The notes below the pieces were generated by a model that was not told where the DNA came from, did not search any database, and worked only from the letters and a program-made list of their open reading frames with translations. A DNA stretch of 58,021 nt, counting the filler, from Sphacelaria rigidula (lineage: Eukaryota): NCBI GenBank assembly GCA_964200075.2. It is 9 parts of 9 records of this genome, joined end to end, with 100 filler letters (N's around TTAATTAATTAA, not from the genome) between each part and the next. Parts side by side here need not be neighbours in the genome. Positions count along the whole stretch, not along the records: positions 32,291 to 38,648 come from CAXNAA020020555.1; positions 38,749 to 45,106 come from CAXNAA020020556.1; positions 45,207 to 51,564 come from CAXNAA020020557.1; 6 more parts are not named here. One strand, 5' to 3'. Below, in pieces: positions 37,646 to 49,995 of the stretch. Each line of letters begins with the position of its first letter. Position 1 is the first letter of the stretch. The position numbers and the translations under genes were made by a program.

Positions 37646-38648
37646 TGGTCCAGCACAGACCCCGGGTGAAGCTCTCAAAGCAATATGTAATCGGCACAGA
37701 CGAGTTGGGCCGTGATCCGTACATCCTATTGATTGCCCCATCAAGGGGAAGAGATATGTGCTCAAACAAATTGGCCGATTTTTCCTCGTTGATTTAACGA
37801 CTTGTCCAGTAATTCCTATACCTTACCGAGATAGGTTCTATACTAAAGCCTACGTGAAAGCGCGAACGATACGATCAACGGATGATGACGATATTTGGCG
37901 TGGAGAATCGCTGGGACGTGAAATAAATAAAAAAAATCAGCTTCTACAGAGTTTTCTTCATTTTTCCATTTTTTTTTCGATTTTTAGGGGCGCTTTGAGG
38001 CCAAAAAGGCATTGCTCATGGCACTTAAACTCACTTCTTCAGCTCAATTCTTAGCACTGTGATTTGAAACTAAGCATGAAGAATTGCAAAGGCATGCTAA
38101 AAATAGAGAAAAAGTGGGTATTCATTTTTTTACAGCAAAGGGCGTTCTCGCGAAAAATGGTATTTGCTGAAACGTCCTTGATTCATGCAAAAAAAAATCA
38201 ACATGTCTCATTTTATTTGATTCATGATAACCTAGCGGGGTCCCACTCAAAATTTTAAGACACAAGTACCAACCCTGGGCCGGAAAGTGACCTGCAAAAT
38301 ACTGTTCCGAGTTTTGACCGGCCCGTTTCTACGCCCGTTCTAACCTTAATTCTAAAAGTTGAACATTCAAACTTTGGTACGGAGAATGAATAAGGCATGG
38401 TGAAAACTATTTTTGCGCAACATTTTTTTTTTCTTCATTTTTTTCATTTGTTGATGGAATTGATGTGTTCAGTAAAATGCCGTTAACGCATGAAGAAAAA
38501 CTTCGTCCCGCAAAAAAAAAATGCCTTATTCAAGCCATGTTTTTTGGGCAATATACAAAAAAGGGTAGACCCTTATGCTTTTGGAGCAAAAAAGGGTGGC
38601 GCATTTTCCGCTTTGGGGCGCGGCGCTGCACGCTGGCCAAACACCTCG

Positions 38649-38748
38649 NNNNNNNNNNNNNNNNNNNNNNNNNNNNNNNNNNNNNNNNNNNNTTAATTAA
38701 TTAANNNNNNNNNNNNNNNNNNNNNNNNNNNNNNNNNNNNNNNNNNNN
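38649..38748. other. Artificial contig-joining spacer
   Basis: N44-TTAATTAATTAA-N44. Confidence 0.99.
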
Positions 38749-39191
38749 GACGATCTGACTCGAAATTTCGAGCAACAAATGGCCCGAAATACCCCCCCCC
38801 CCTATCGTAGGATGACTCGCGTATTTTCCACCTCTAGTTAACCCTTAGACCGCGAGGGGTAGTCCGCCTGGATCGCGCACACTTTTTTTAAGTAAGATTG
38901 ATACCGATTCGGTAAGTGACCTACCCTCGCGGTCGAAGGGTTAAGCCAAATTATGTGAAAACGTGCCTCCAGGCGCCTGCAGCGGAGCCCTCCGGAGGCG
39001 CCAACGGCGGGGCCCCCTTTGCCGGGGGGGGAGGGGGGGGCTTTTCGGTTCGCGGCTTCGCCGCTCGATGGCCAAACAAACCGTTATGTACTATTTAACT
39101 GGTTAATGGTTGCGCTACGCGTAAACATTTACCTGGTTAATGGTTAGACAAACCATGTCCGAGCTCGAAGAATTGATTAATATAAATGTTT

Positions 39192-39361
39192 CACACCCTG
39201 GACAAGATATGGTCAACATATGCAATAGACGAGAAGTGTACTGCATAAAGTATGGGTCTATTGCAACTATTGCCGGCCGACAATAGTCGCAATAGGCCCA
39301 TACTTTATTCAGTACGTTTCTTGTCTATTGCAACTTTTGACCATATATTGTCCAAGGTGTG
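39192..39361. mobile_element. 170-bp palindromic MITE with an 8-bp TSD (AAATGTTT)
   Basis: Second copy of 35169-35338 (about 89% identical by manual count); AAATGTTT on both flanks. Confidence 0.9.
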
Positions 39362-41794
39362 AAATGTTTCCTCGACCAGTCAAGTATACGAAAATGAGCA
39401 GGAGTCTATATACAGTAGTCCAGATGAACCCTGTTTCGCAGGCCTCATTCTTGCCTAACCCCCAAAAAAGTGAGACTTGCTTCTTTGCTATTGTGGCGTG
39501 ATTCGTAATACGTGCCAGTTCTGTACACTTCGAAGTATAGACTAAAATACAAGAGGATACGGCTCTCCGAGCTCCATACAGTACTACAAAAGTTCGTCGA
39601 CGTGGGGTCTGGCAGTCGCGTGGAAGGAGGAACCCGTGGAAACTGCACCCTTCTTCGCTCTTTAGTGAGTGCAATACGCTCTTGGCGGTTGTCTTGGGGA
39701 GACAGGATGCAACCAAAGATAGGACTGACTGGGTACAAGTGTCGAATGGAGCTACATTCCAGGTATCAGCAGTATATCGTAGTGTATGGCCAAACTCCAG
39801 CGCAACTCAAACACCTCGCATGCGTCCGTAGTGTACGGTAGACAACAGTAGCAAATAAGAACGAAATCCTACCAACCAATGGAAACGGCGAGACGACGAT
39901 GGCACGCGGTATGCTTCACATCAACATGTGCACCTCAAGGCATCCGCGTCCCCTCTGCGCCATCGAGGTATATCACGGGAATGCAGCTTACTCTTTAGTC
40001 TTGCCGTCTGTCCAGCGCAATCCGAATACGGAGAACTTTCGTCGTGAATTCATGTTGATGTTGTATTTCGTCGAAAAGTCGGTTACGGATATCTCCACGC
40101 GGTCATGTTCTAGATATTTTAATGTTCCGAATTCTCTGTCAAACATGCAACACACGCGGGAAGCAATCCACTAGTGAACAGCGCACTGGATTGACCTGTA
40201 GCGCAGATGGTTGGATTAGGGACATGGCTAGATTCTCTCTTACTAATAACCGTGTTGTCGAGCTGTCGTGCGTTCCTGCAGCACGTGAAGCTGTCGTCGG
40301 GTCTGGCACCAAGGCAACAGTGCACGAGCGCGGCCTCGCGATGTGTCAACAGGCTGTTCATCGGTCAGGTGCGAGGGTGGGGTTGGGGGTTGTAGAGCAA
40401 TAGCATGCTGCGCTGTTTGCGTTGTCGCTATACGACAAGCTACAGAATTTAGGACGGTGTCATTTGCTGCACTCTGTGTACTGCGGTAGCTTTTGCTGTT
40501 GTACGGATCGGCATTTGACCTTCTCTGCATGTATCATGTGTCAACGAGGACACAGCAATGTCAATGACGGGGTATAACACCCCTCGTCGTCGATCATACA
40601 TTTTTCACACTCGATTTTCTTGTGGAAGAAACCTTCGAAACGCCTTCTTCATTTCTGACGCTGGATGAATACCCTTCATAGTTCCTGAGTTAACTAGATA
40701 TATCGGCGGTGGAGCGTTTTGCTTCTACGAGCTGGGTCAGCTGAGAGTTCCTATTGGCGGCTGACACGCGTTGCACACCTTCATCCTACGAGCGCCGCCT
40801 CGGAACAGTTTCACCGGCCGGCACTCCTGGGACATCTGGGGGTTTTCAGGGGGCGAAGGGGGGTGGTATTTGATAGGGGAGTGGAGGCTCGTTCGCAAAA
40901 CAGCCAAAAATCTCACGAAGTCAACCATGTGTGTTTGTCAGTTTCCTACAGAAAATTCTAAGCCAGGAACGAGGCCCGAGAAGAGCTACGTGATCATTTT
41001 GAGAGCTGTGATTGATCAGAATGGTCAGTATACCATACCCCAGATGGACTACAGATAGGCTATAGATAGGCAAAAAAAATTACATGTGCACCCGGGTGCA
41101 CCATCGAAATTCAAGCTCATCCTGGGGCAAAGGTAAAAACACGTGCGGCTGGCCAATGCCGCATGACCACCCCAAGCGTGGTGACTTAGGTCACACTTTC
41201 AATCGGATCCAGCACAACCAATGCAGAATACAGTAGTACGTAAAATGGTGTTGTACTCCCTCTTATCTCCCAACACTCGTCGCGTGGCCGACTTCTCTTT
41301 GTCTGCGTGACTTCCCACTGCCAGCTCGGAAATAAACAAGAATGCTCTGTTTTGATTACAGTATTTCGAAGCTCGAAATCCTATGCTCGCTTGCTTCCTA
41401 TCCATGCATGATGCACACCGATAAATTATGAAGCGAAAAGAGCTGCCGCTTTGTTTACTCAGCGGCACAGAGAACTCAGGGTCGAGAGCGCGGCGTTTAC
41501 CGGAACAGGCTTGCGACAAACTTCGCCTTTCTTCGTTCTCATTATCGTTCGTACTCGCTGCGTGCCGTAGTTTGACCTGACGAAATGAGAGTCTAGGATG
41601 CTGCGCCTAGTCCCAAAGCCTGCAATGTTCGCCACCATCTACAAGAATACGGACATGTATACAGTGTATAAAAAGACCTTGACAGTGCGGGACAGAACAT
41701 TGCCAGCTGATCAATCCTTCTTTTGTGTTGAACCCATGTACAAATCACAGTATGCTGGAAAACAACACAGAAATATGCGTAATACCCCCCCCCC

Positions 41795-41960
41795 CCCTGC
41801 GAGCCTGGTCCAACGAACACCCGGCGTGCTCCGCCCCGGCTTGTAGGGGCGTACTCATGATCTTGCATGCCATAATCATACGGCCATTGTAGCTTGGCTT
41901 GTAGGGATGCGAGGTCAGTGGTCTCATGACTATGGCATACAAAATCATGAAACCACCCGC
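41795..41960. mobile_element. Compact family A derivative (terminal sequences only)
   Basis: GCGAGCCTGGTCC..CCGGCGTGCTC.. and GTACTCATGATCTTGCATGCCATA..GACTATGGCAT. Confidence 0.6.
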
Positions 41961-42189
41961 CTCCAACTTGTTTTAGTGAACATGCAGATTTCGACTATGA
42001 CTCCTGGAAAATCTGTGAAGGCCCCCTGATTGTGGTGAACACTTGAGTTTCAATTTCAACTCTCGGTCGCTCCTTCAGTGTCACTGTATTGTACTGTACC
42101 GTGTAGGGGATCATCTGAGATCAGGGATTTGCCCCTGAGTTTTGCCAGAGTGCAGATGTCGATTCCATGATTTCTTTTGTTATTTATTT

Positions 42190-42615
42190 TGTTTGTCCCA
42201 CTTTGAACCTCTCCCCTTCCTTGGAATGAGTCCGTGGTCCCAAGGGATCATCCCGTCTCTCCCCGGCACACCCCTCGCATTTTGGCTTCCTGGATTGGGT
42301 CAGCACTCCCGCACCGCGTCAATTCACGTCAAATAAACTCAGTCGACTACTTTGTTTACTTCCGTGGTCCCAAGGGATCATCCCATCTCTCCCCGGCACA
42401 CACCTCGCATTTTGGTCTCCTAGATTGGGTCAGCACCCCCGCACCGCGTCAACTCACGTCAAAGAAACTCAGTCGACTACTTTGCTTGGACACGTTCTAA
42501 CGATTTTCACGGTGGAAATCAGATATTACGAAGAATAAACCCAATGCATCGGGACTCGAACCCCCGTTTTCTCCACCCTAATGACGACAGTCGTACCTTC
42601 ACACCACCGGGTCGC
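42190..42615 (-). mobile_element. tRNA-derived SINE (family S2) with an internal 130-bp tandem duplication
   Basis: The tRNA-like head at 42540-42615 is homologous to 25915-25990. The unit starting TCCGTGGTCCCAAGGGATCA occurs at 42231 and 42361. Confidence 0.7.
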
Positions 42616-43689
42616 GGCAGTCTGCATCTATCACGTTGCAAGTACGGCCATCAAAATATACACACCACGGTCTTTAACCTCGTGGATCGCACAAAAGTCG
42701 GTTTATCGCAGTGGAATTTAGGGTGGTGGGAGTTGTTTAGAAAAGCGCGAGCATCAAAATCATCGGCCAGCATATGTATGAGTTCCATCGCCAGTACGAA
42801 AAGCTCAATCCCAGAGAGACGCGCACTCTTCACAACCGTCACCCGTCACTTTGTCAGTCTTGCTGTGTCCCACTTCGATCATCATCAGACGATAGCCCAT
42901 CGAATACACAGTAGCGCTAAAAGCCATTTTCCATCGTATCCGTGGATTCCAAATGCTCCAGGAGTAACAAAATCCCAAATCTACCGCCGCGATGGCCAAA
43001 GCGTTGATGGCGGCATGTGTCAAAGTGATGGATATATTTTGTAGTATGTTTTCATAAGTGGATCATGATATCACACACAGCATACATGCGTATAAACACA
43101 GGAAGTTTGATCACTCATTTGACTGGCATACCGGAGTATATGAAAAAACGAAATGTCACACGTTGTGTCAAGGAAAAATACAGTAACCACTTCGCGGTCA
43201 AAAGTATATGTACAGCAGCTTTACGGTACTGTCATCATTCCCTCCCTCCAAAATGTGAGATGAAATCGTTGGGAACATTCAATAGTAGCGAGGAAATGAT
43301 CGCTATACCAAGAGAAAGATGGTGACCACAAACGACGAAACAGGAGGGGGATACAGGTTGGTTCACGCATATCAACCTAAAAACACTTCACGCCGTTTCC
43401 AGGATTCAGATCCTGAAATTTTGCATAATTTTGCCGTGGGTCATGACGGAACTTTAGAAGGTGGAGTTTTTTTTTTTTACTTCTTTACTTTTCTCACTAT
43501 TTTTCGGGGGTCCCAGGGATTTTCGGGAAACTTAGATGCCGTCGGATCCCCGAAAAAAGGTGAAAGAATAAAAAAAAACCGTCCATCGAGAGTTGCGTAA
43601 TGTTCCATAGCACATTTCTGAAAAGTTTCAGGTTCTAACTCAAGTATATTTGCAAGAATACATTTTTGTTTTCATTCGGAGGATCATTA

Positions 43690-44110
43690 GCTCCAGAGCT
43701 GCCAAATATGAGGGCGATCTGAGCTTTTCTATGCCAGATATAAGGGAAACCGGCACGAGGCTCGCTGGGTCTGTCGTGCGTATCATTAGTGAAAATTAGA
43801 CGACGCAAAACTCCATATTACCGAAACACCACGGTTTCGGGTATAATTCGACCCCGTAGTAAACGTTTTGAAATATGTTTTTCCCGTTAGAATCCCGACC
43901 TGATGGCGGTTCCTACGATTTTAAGCATGTGGAGATTGGGTGAAGACTGGATTTGGAATTCAAATTTTTCGATTTCAGGACAATTTTAAGGGCGTTGATT
44001 GGTCGAGGTTTCTTTCCCCCCTCAGTGCCACCACCATGGCCTTTAACACAAATCTGGCTGTGTCACGCTCTTCAGCTGTCCATGACGGGCAGTATGATAT
44101 CAGGTATGCG
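43690..44110 (+). repeat. Dispersed repeat family D
   Basis: Collinear with 48035-48435. Confidence 0.7.
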
Positions 44111-44857
44111 ACTATTGAGTAGGTATTGTGGAAGGCATTTGCTGATGATATGATTATGAGTGATGAGCGTGAACTAGCCTGTAAGACATGTCGAAGGTTC
44201 TTGTGTAGAATATGAAGAACGTATTGAGCGCCCAGGTGTCGGAGGTGTCTTCACTAGGCATAGGAACGGTGCTCGGTCTCGAAGTGGATGCATGGTCAAT
44301 GATCAAACAACCAAGGCAAGCAACAAATGAGTACAATACACCACCCCTCCCCGCCCCCTGCTGTACTCAAAGAATACGACTATTATCTTTCAGATACCGT
44401 CTGAAATAACAGAAGCAATTTGCCAAGTAGCCAGCCTGCAAGCGTTGTCGTTATCTATACGCTTTTTTTTTCTTACGGGAGAATCCGAATCATGCGGTAC
44501 TGCATACAGTTTGCCAAACCTTACACCCTTCATTCGGATTCAGGTCGTGAGTGACTGCGAGTAGCGAAATTAGATCCGATCAAAGTCAGCGGGGGGTGGA
44601 GAGTTCTGAGATCCAGTGCTCGATCGTGTGTTGCCTGACGTGTACGGAGGTACATGTATGCGCCCGAGGGTATGATGGGTTAATCTCTTGAGACTACAGA
44701 CTCAATCCGCGAAGGGGGGGACGGGGGGTTACAGCTGTGTGACGGAAAAGGAAACTCATGGTGTGCAACGACAATCAATCAATCGATCAATGTTGATGAA
44801 TTGACCGATGAGCGGATCCCCACGATGAACTATTTTTGACGACTGCGGTACTAGCAG

Positions 44858-45073
44858 GGCCCGTTGAGGCTACCGTGGTACCCCCAAGAGGCAGCGGGGG
44901 TTGGCATGAAAGGAGCTAAAGGAGGCGGCAGTGGAGGTGGAGGAGGGAACAAGGGAGGAAACAAGAAGGGAAAGGGAAAGGGAAAGACGAATCCGGACCT
45001 GGACGCGGCGATGGAGCGATGGGAGCCGGTGATTGGTGTCGAGATACATGCGCAACTCTCGTCTAAAACCAAG
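44858..45073 (+). CDS. gatB: Glu-tRNA(Gln)/Asp-tRNA(Asn) amidotransferase subunit B (organellar GatB), N-terminal exon
   Basis: The exon tagcag|GGC...ACCAAG|gtagat encodes ...MERWEPVIGVEIHAQLSSKTK, matching the GatB N-terminal signature (E.VIGLE.H.QL.T.TK). The rest of the gene is beyond the contig end. Confidence 0.85.
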
Positions 45074-45106
45074 GTAGATGAAGTGTGCGTATATGAGGAT
45101 CGTGAA

Positions 45107-45206
45107 NNNNNNNNNNNNNNNNNNNNNNNNNNNNNNNNNNNNNNNNNNNNTTAATTAATTAANNNNNNNNNNNNNNNNNNNNNNNNNNNNNNNNNNNNNN
45201 NNNNNN
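45107..45206. other. Artificial contig-joining spacer
   Basis: N44-TTAATTAATTAA-N44. Confidence 0.99.
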
Positions 45207-45289
45207 AGGGAAAGCACGGCTTTTGAGTTGAACCTCATTTTGTTTTTTAACCCCATTTTCGAGAATCGGCTGTTAGCTCTCGTATCACC

Positions 45290-46871
45290 GATGCTTACTC
45301 TTCCCCAATCAGCTGCCGCTCTCGTCGCACTGCGCGTGCGGCCTGCCATTTGCGGAGGCAGAGACAACTCATCGTCGAGTGCAAGACGGCGTAGCTCTGT
45401 CCTTGGGAGTTCGGGAGCTTCACCGCCCCCCCCGTCATTATGCTCGGGGTGTCTACAGTTGTCGACGGCAATGCTGACAAGGTAGTTGGTGGTGAGACCG
45501 CAGGTGAGTGCGGTGCCGGCGATGCTGATGGCCGTTCTGGCGGTGTTGGCGTGGTCGCCGTTGCTGGTGGTGTTGTGGGCGCTGCTGCTCGCGGCGTTGT
45601 TGGCCTAGGCGGCGCTGCTGATGGTGGTGTGATCGGCGCTGCTGCTGTCGGCGTTTTGTTCCGTGAAATCCCTCCGCCTTTCCGCGTTGTACTCTTCTTG
45701 GGTAAGCGTCTATTATGCGACCACGGCTGGACCCCTGGGGGGTCAGTTGAAGTGCGAAAATAAATCAATTAATTATCAATCTTTCCCGACCCTGCAATGA
45801 GACGGCAAAATCAATTCACCTCCCCTCCCCCCCGCCATCAGCGGGGATTCGTGGTGTGGTGTCATCTGCCCTCCCTTCGGAGTTGGGTAGCAAGAACGAC
45901 ACGCGACGAGAACCGCGTGATGAAGGGTCCAGGGCTAGGGTTTGCTCCACGAAGTCGCTGCCGGCCGGCCCTCCTTCGATATGGTCATCCCTCGCTCAGC
46001 TGGGCGTCGGGATCGCTTGCTTCTGAAAGCTATACTCCGCGGGGAGGGCATTGACAAATTTCAGGAGATTTTGAGCCTCCGTCAGGTTGATGCTGGTGTC
46101 GTACGATCTCAACTGCCTTGCTAGTTCTTCCATCTCGATCAGTTTTTGAATCGGGTCATCACGAAGGCCAATCTTCACGCGATCATACTTTCCCAGCGGT
46201 GCTAATCTAGCTCCGTTGGTCTTGGGACTGTAGAAATCGTTCAATTCACGCCATACAGCTGCAGGAGGAGGAATTTGGAACAGAATATCTCGGTCCCGCT
46301 TGTGGTCCAGACTCGCCACCCACAGATGTTTTGCTCTAATATTTGCTGTCACAATGTCTTTCCCGTGCCTTGTTTATAGGAAACGCACGGACAGTTTCAT
46401 GTTCCCAACCTCCGCGTCGTGCGAACTATCGTCCGAGATGGTGAATATCCAAGCAACTCCCTTGCTCCTCGCGAAATTGATCAGCTCGTGTTTGTACTGA
46501 GATAGTTCCGAACTCGTTCCAGAACGTCTTGGGACAGTAGCCTCAAAAACTGGTACTCCCGCAACGTTTTGCACACTTGGTCGATCATGAGCGTACACAG
46601 CGACAGACGCACGTACGGGATCAATACCCCTTGCTCCGTCGCTTCCGGCCCTGTGGTCGCTCCCGCTCGGAGCTTCCTGCTCACCGTCGCGGCTGCGTCG
46701 TCGGCCTCGAGATGTGATGGGGTTGGCTGAGCTATCAGCCAGGTGGTCTTGTGTTGCTTGGTCTCCAGGAGACGCTTCGCATCCCACCTCACGCCACCGG
46801 ACTCGTGATCTTCAATATTCCATCGACTCTACTCTGAAATACAGTTTATTCGAACTCTACATCGCTAACCA
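45290..46871 (-). mobile_element. Internally deleted Ty1/Copia-like retrotransposon remnant
   Basis: Copia-type gag followed directly by a P/T/A-rich stretch resembling an integrase-RT linker; possible PBS at 46849-46871. Confidence 0.6.
45996..46787 (-). pseudogene. gag: Copia-type Gag (UBN2-like), in-frame stop at 46374-46376
   Basis: ORFs 46374-46787 and 45996-46352 are in the same frame. AVWRELNDFYSPKTNGARL...IEMEELARQL...LKFVNALPAEY is typical of Copia gag. Confidence 0.75.
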
Positions 46872-47419
46872 GATCAGTCAATACGCTAAATTGACTGCTG
46901 AACTGGCTCATCATGTTCTCAAGTTGAGCTGCCAGTCCATCTGTCCTCTGTTCTCTACAGGAGAGGAAGCAGCATCATCGTTACCAGCCATGCTTGTCCA
47001 ATCGATTGATCACTAGTAGTGTGTTCCTTGGCTCAGGCACAGGGTATATATGGTTTATATATTTCATGAGAGAGCACCCAAGTAATACCATAACTCGTGA
47101 GAGTGTAGAAGGAAGCGGAGAAGCCGACGAGTGATCGGCTGGGGGCTGCGTGTACGGAGCGGCAGCTGCGTACTGTACCGCATTTGCACACAATTGACTG
47201 CCAATACACTCGTATGTTACCCCGATCCCCTGTTCTCCGTAGATTCAGCATGACAGGGTGTATCTGTCATTCGAACAGGGCACAAGCGGTCATTTGGCTA
47301 CCCCCAAAATTCCTCCAGGTCGGTCAACTTTTCGAGCCTGAAAAGGAATTCAACACCTCCGAAAAGGTGCGCGGCCCTCTAGGGGAGATTTTTGGTTTCC
47401 TCCTGACGGATTAAACGCC

Positions 47420-47705
47420 TACGAGCCGGTTCAGATTGAACGCCCAAAATTCATTCCCCAGGATTTTCTCACGCCGTTTTTTCGAGTTAGACCACGAAAA
47501 TTTGCACACATATTATTCTTGTGGGTACTATCTAAAACTCGAAGATCGTTTTTTTTTTTTGTTTTCGTTTTAGTAACTATAATAATCATATGTCGGTCAA
47601 GTAGGTCAACCGGGACCTTGGATAAAAAATCACCACAAAAAAATTAAAAACCCCGGTCTTCAAGTTTTAGGTAGTACCCTCCAGAACATGTGTGCAAATT
47701 TTCGT
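47420..47705. mobile_element. Foldback/MITE-like repeat, copy of 9056-9388
   Basis: Collinear with 9056-9355 and has the same inverted arms. Confidence 0.75.
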
Positions 47706-48034
47706 GCGGCAGCTGCGTACTGTAGTGTAAAACGTGCGCTGAAGTATCAAAAGTCTGTAATTACTTGATTAAAGTACAGAATCGCCCTTTTGGGGGTTGT
47801 TTTTACGGTAAAAGACCCAGCCGATTTAGTTTTTCGAGTTGAGGAACGGAAATCGGTACACATGTTTCTTGGGATACCACCTAACCCTAAGGTGTCAAAA
47901 GTTTGGTGTTGGGGCATTCTGGACAGGTATCCTGGGGTCTTTGTGCTGGGACCCCCGGAAGCCGGCAGAGAACGAAGAAACTTTGAAATCTTGCCAAGAA
48001 CATGATTTTTCCATTTGGAGCATCAATACCTACG

Positions 48035-48435
48035 GAACTGCCAAGTTTGAGGATCGTCTGAGCTTTTCTCCAACAGATAACAGGGAAATCGTCTTGAGGC
48101 TCCGTGGGTCTTATCGTGAGTGGAAATTAGACGACGCCAACGCTCCACATCACCGAAACTTAACGGTTTTGGGCAAAATTCGACCCCGTCGGAACTGTTT
48201 TCAAATCTGTTTCTCCCATTAGATTCCCAAGCTGATGACGGTTACTACGATTTGAACCATGTGGAGATTCGGTGGAAATTGGGTTTGGAACTCGCGTTTT
48301 CAATTTCGGAACAAATTGAAAGGCGCTGATTGGTCGGGACATATTTTGTGTCCATAGCGCCACCGCTTTAGCCCTGAACAAAAATCTGGCTATGTCACCC
48401 TTTCCGTCTGTTCATTGCGGTCAGTATGATACCGC
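48035..48435 (+). repeat. Dispersed repeat family D
   Basis: Collinear with 43690-44110. Confidence 0.7.
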
Positions 48436-48876
48436 ATTTATTTGTGCATATTGGCTGGGTATTGCGTTCGTCATTAGCCCGGGAATAAATTTTGGGTATT
48501 CAATACAGCTTGTACGGAGCCTTGTTTTTGCCTCAGGAGGGCTGCGCATCTCTCTGAAGGCATTTTTCTACCCCCGAATTCCTCTGGAGGGGCGCGCGAC
48601 TCTCCAGGTCGGTACAGTAGTGTTTGGTTTCCTTCAGAGGGATTGACGGCCTCCAGAGGCTTGTTTTGCCTCTGAAGGGCCGCGTATCCCTCCGGAGGCA
48701 TTTTGGGCGGTAGCCAAATGGCCGCGTGTGGGGGCCAGGTCAATGACAAGGGTGGTTGAAGTTTCAGTGGCACGGCGATAGCAGCGAGGACGGCCCAAGA
48801 ATATTGCCAGCGTGCCGGGGGGGTGTTTTTATGTACAGTAAATACTTTACTGTACAGTCACAATCTATTGATTCGG

Positions 48877-48948
48877 TACGACGTTGTCGTTGCCGTACGG
48901 TACAATGTTGTCGTCCCCGTACCATACGATATTGCCGTCGTCGCACAA
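48877..48948. repeat. Degenerate 24-bp tandem repeat x3
   Basis: GTACGACGTTGTCGTTGCCGTACG-like units. Confidence 0.6.
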
Positions 48949-49920
48949 GCTCGCACTCAATATGTACAGAAGCAATACGAAGCTGCTGGTGGTGATACTC
49001 CTGCCGCGCATACGCTGCCTCGATGTACTGTCGACATTGGGGCTGCACATTGAGGCCAATAACCATAACACTCATCGTTACTATAATATTAATCTGCTGT
49101 GTACACAACTTTGTTCCAGGATGGCAGCTTTGTTCCTCTGCGGGACGCCGCCGAGAATATTGCATAGCCCACACACATCTGAATGTGAAATCCATCTATG
49201 TATTATTAAACTCTGTGTGATGTGCACCAGCGCTCGGCTGCAACAGCTTGTCTAAACGCCGCTACCCCCAGGCGCTTGCTACCTGCACTCTACCAGGAAA
49301 CACCCCTCAACGGCGAGTCAACCGGTGGCTGTACGCGTACAGGACTGCGCATTTATGTTACGATTCTTATTCATGTATACAGCCCATAGAGGCTGGCGTG
49401 TCGTTTGAAATGTACAGGATACATCCTCTCATGGCCCACTCTGATCGGTTCTTTCACGTTTATTACAATAGTGTGACAACTACTAGTGTATCCTCACCTC
49501 GCACCAAGCCGCGCCGCGCTGCAAACACAAGGGTATCGCCACCGCTCAGCGGCACCGCGGGAGCTGAGTACTACTAGGGCACTCCGAAAATCCAAAGAGG
49601 AAAACGCACGAGTAGCAACTTTTTGGGTGGGGATGCCTGTCCAACTTCCTAGTTGGACCGGAAGCGAAGTGTTTTCGCCAGTACAAGATCACCAGGAGGA
49701 GAAGAGAATCGAGCAAAAATATATATGTTGAAAATATCAAAGATCTCGCTTGTGGTTGTTTCAGCAGACACAATGTGTATACCCCGCTACGCCTACGATG
49801 TACAAATCTGAAAAGCCATGTATTTCGTGTTTCTCCGCATATTGAAAAAGCTCATGCATATAGGTGTCCCTGGAGGAAATAGTGTTCAAACACTAGTGTT
49901 GGAGTTCTGTCTGGTATAAG

Positions 49921-49995
49921 TCAAGTGTTCGGGTTCTGATACAAGTCAAGTGTTCGGGTTCTGATACAAGTCAAGTGTTTGGGTTCCGATACAAG
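49921..49995. repeat. 25-bp tandem repeat x3
   Basis: TCAAGTGTTCGGGTTCTGATACAAG three times head-to-tail, with no spacers. Confidence 0.95.

Noticed and set aside
42650..43030. Coding remnant on the minus strand
   Set aside because: Short frameshifted peptides with no recognisable family.
49921..49995. CRISPR-like 25-bp repeats
   Set aside because: Head-to-tail with no spacers, no cas genes, eukaryotic context.
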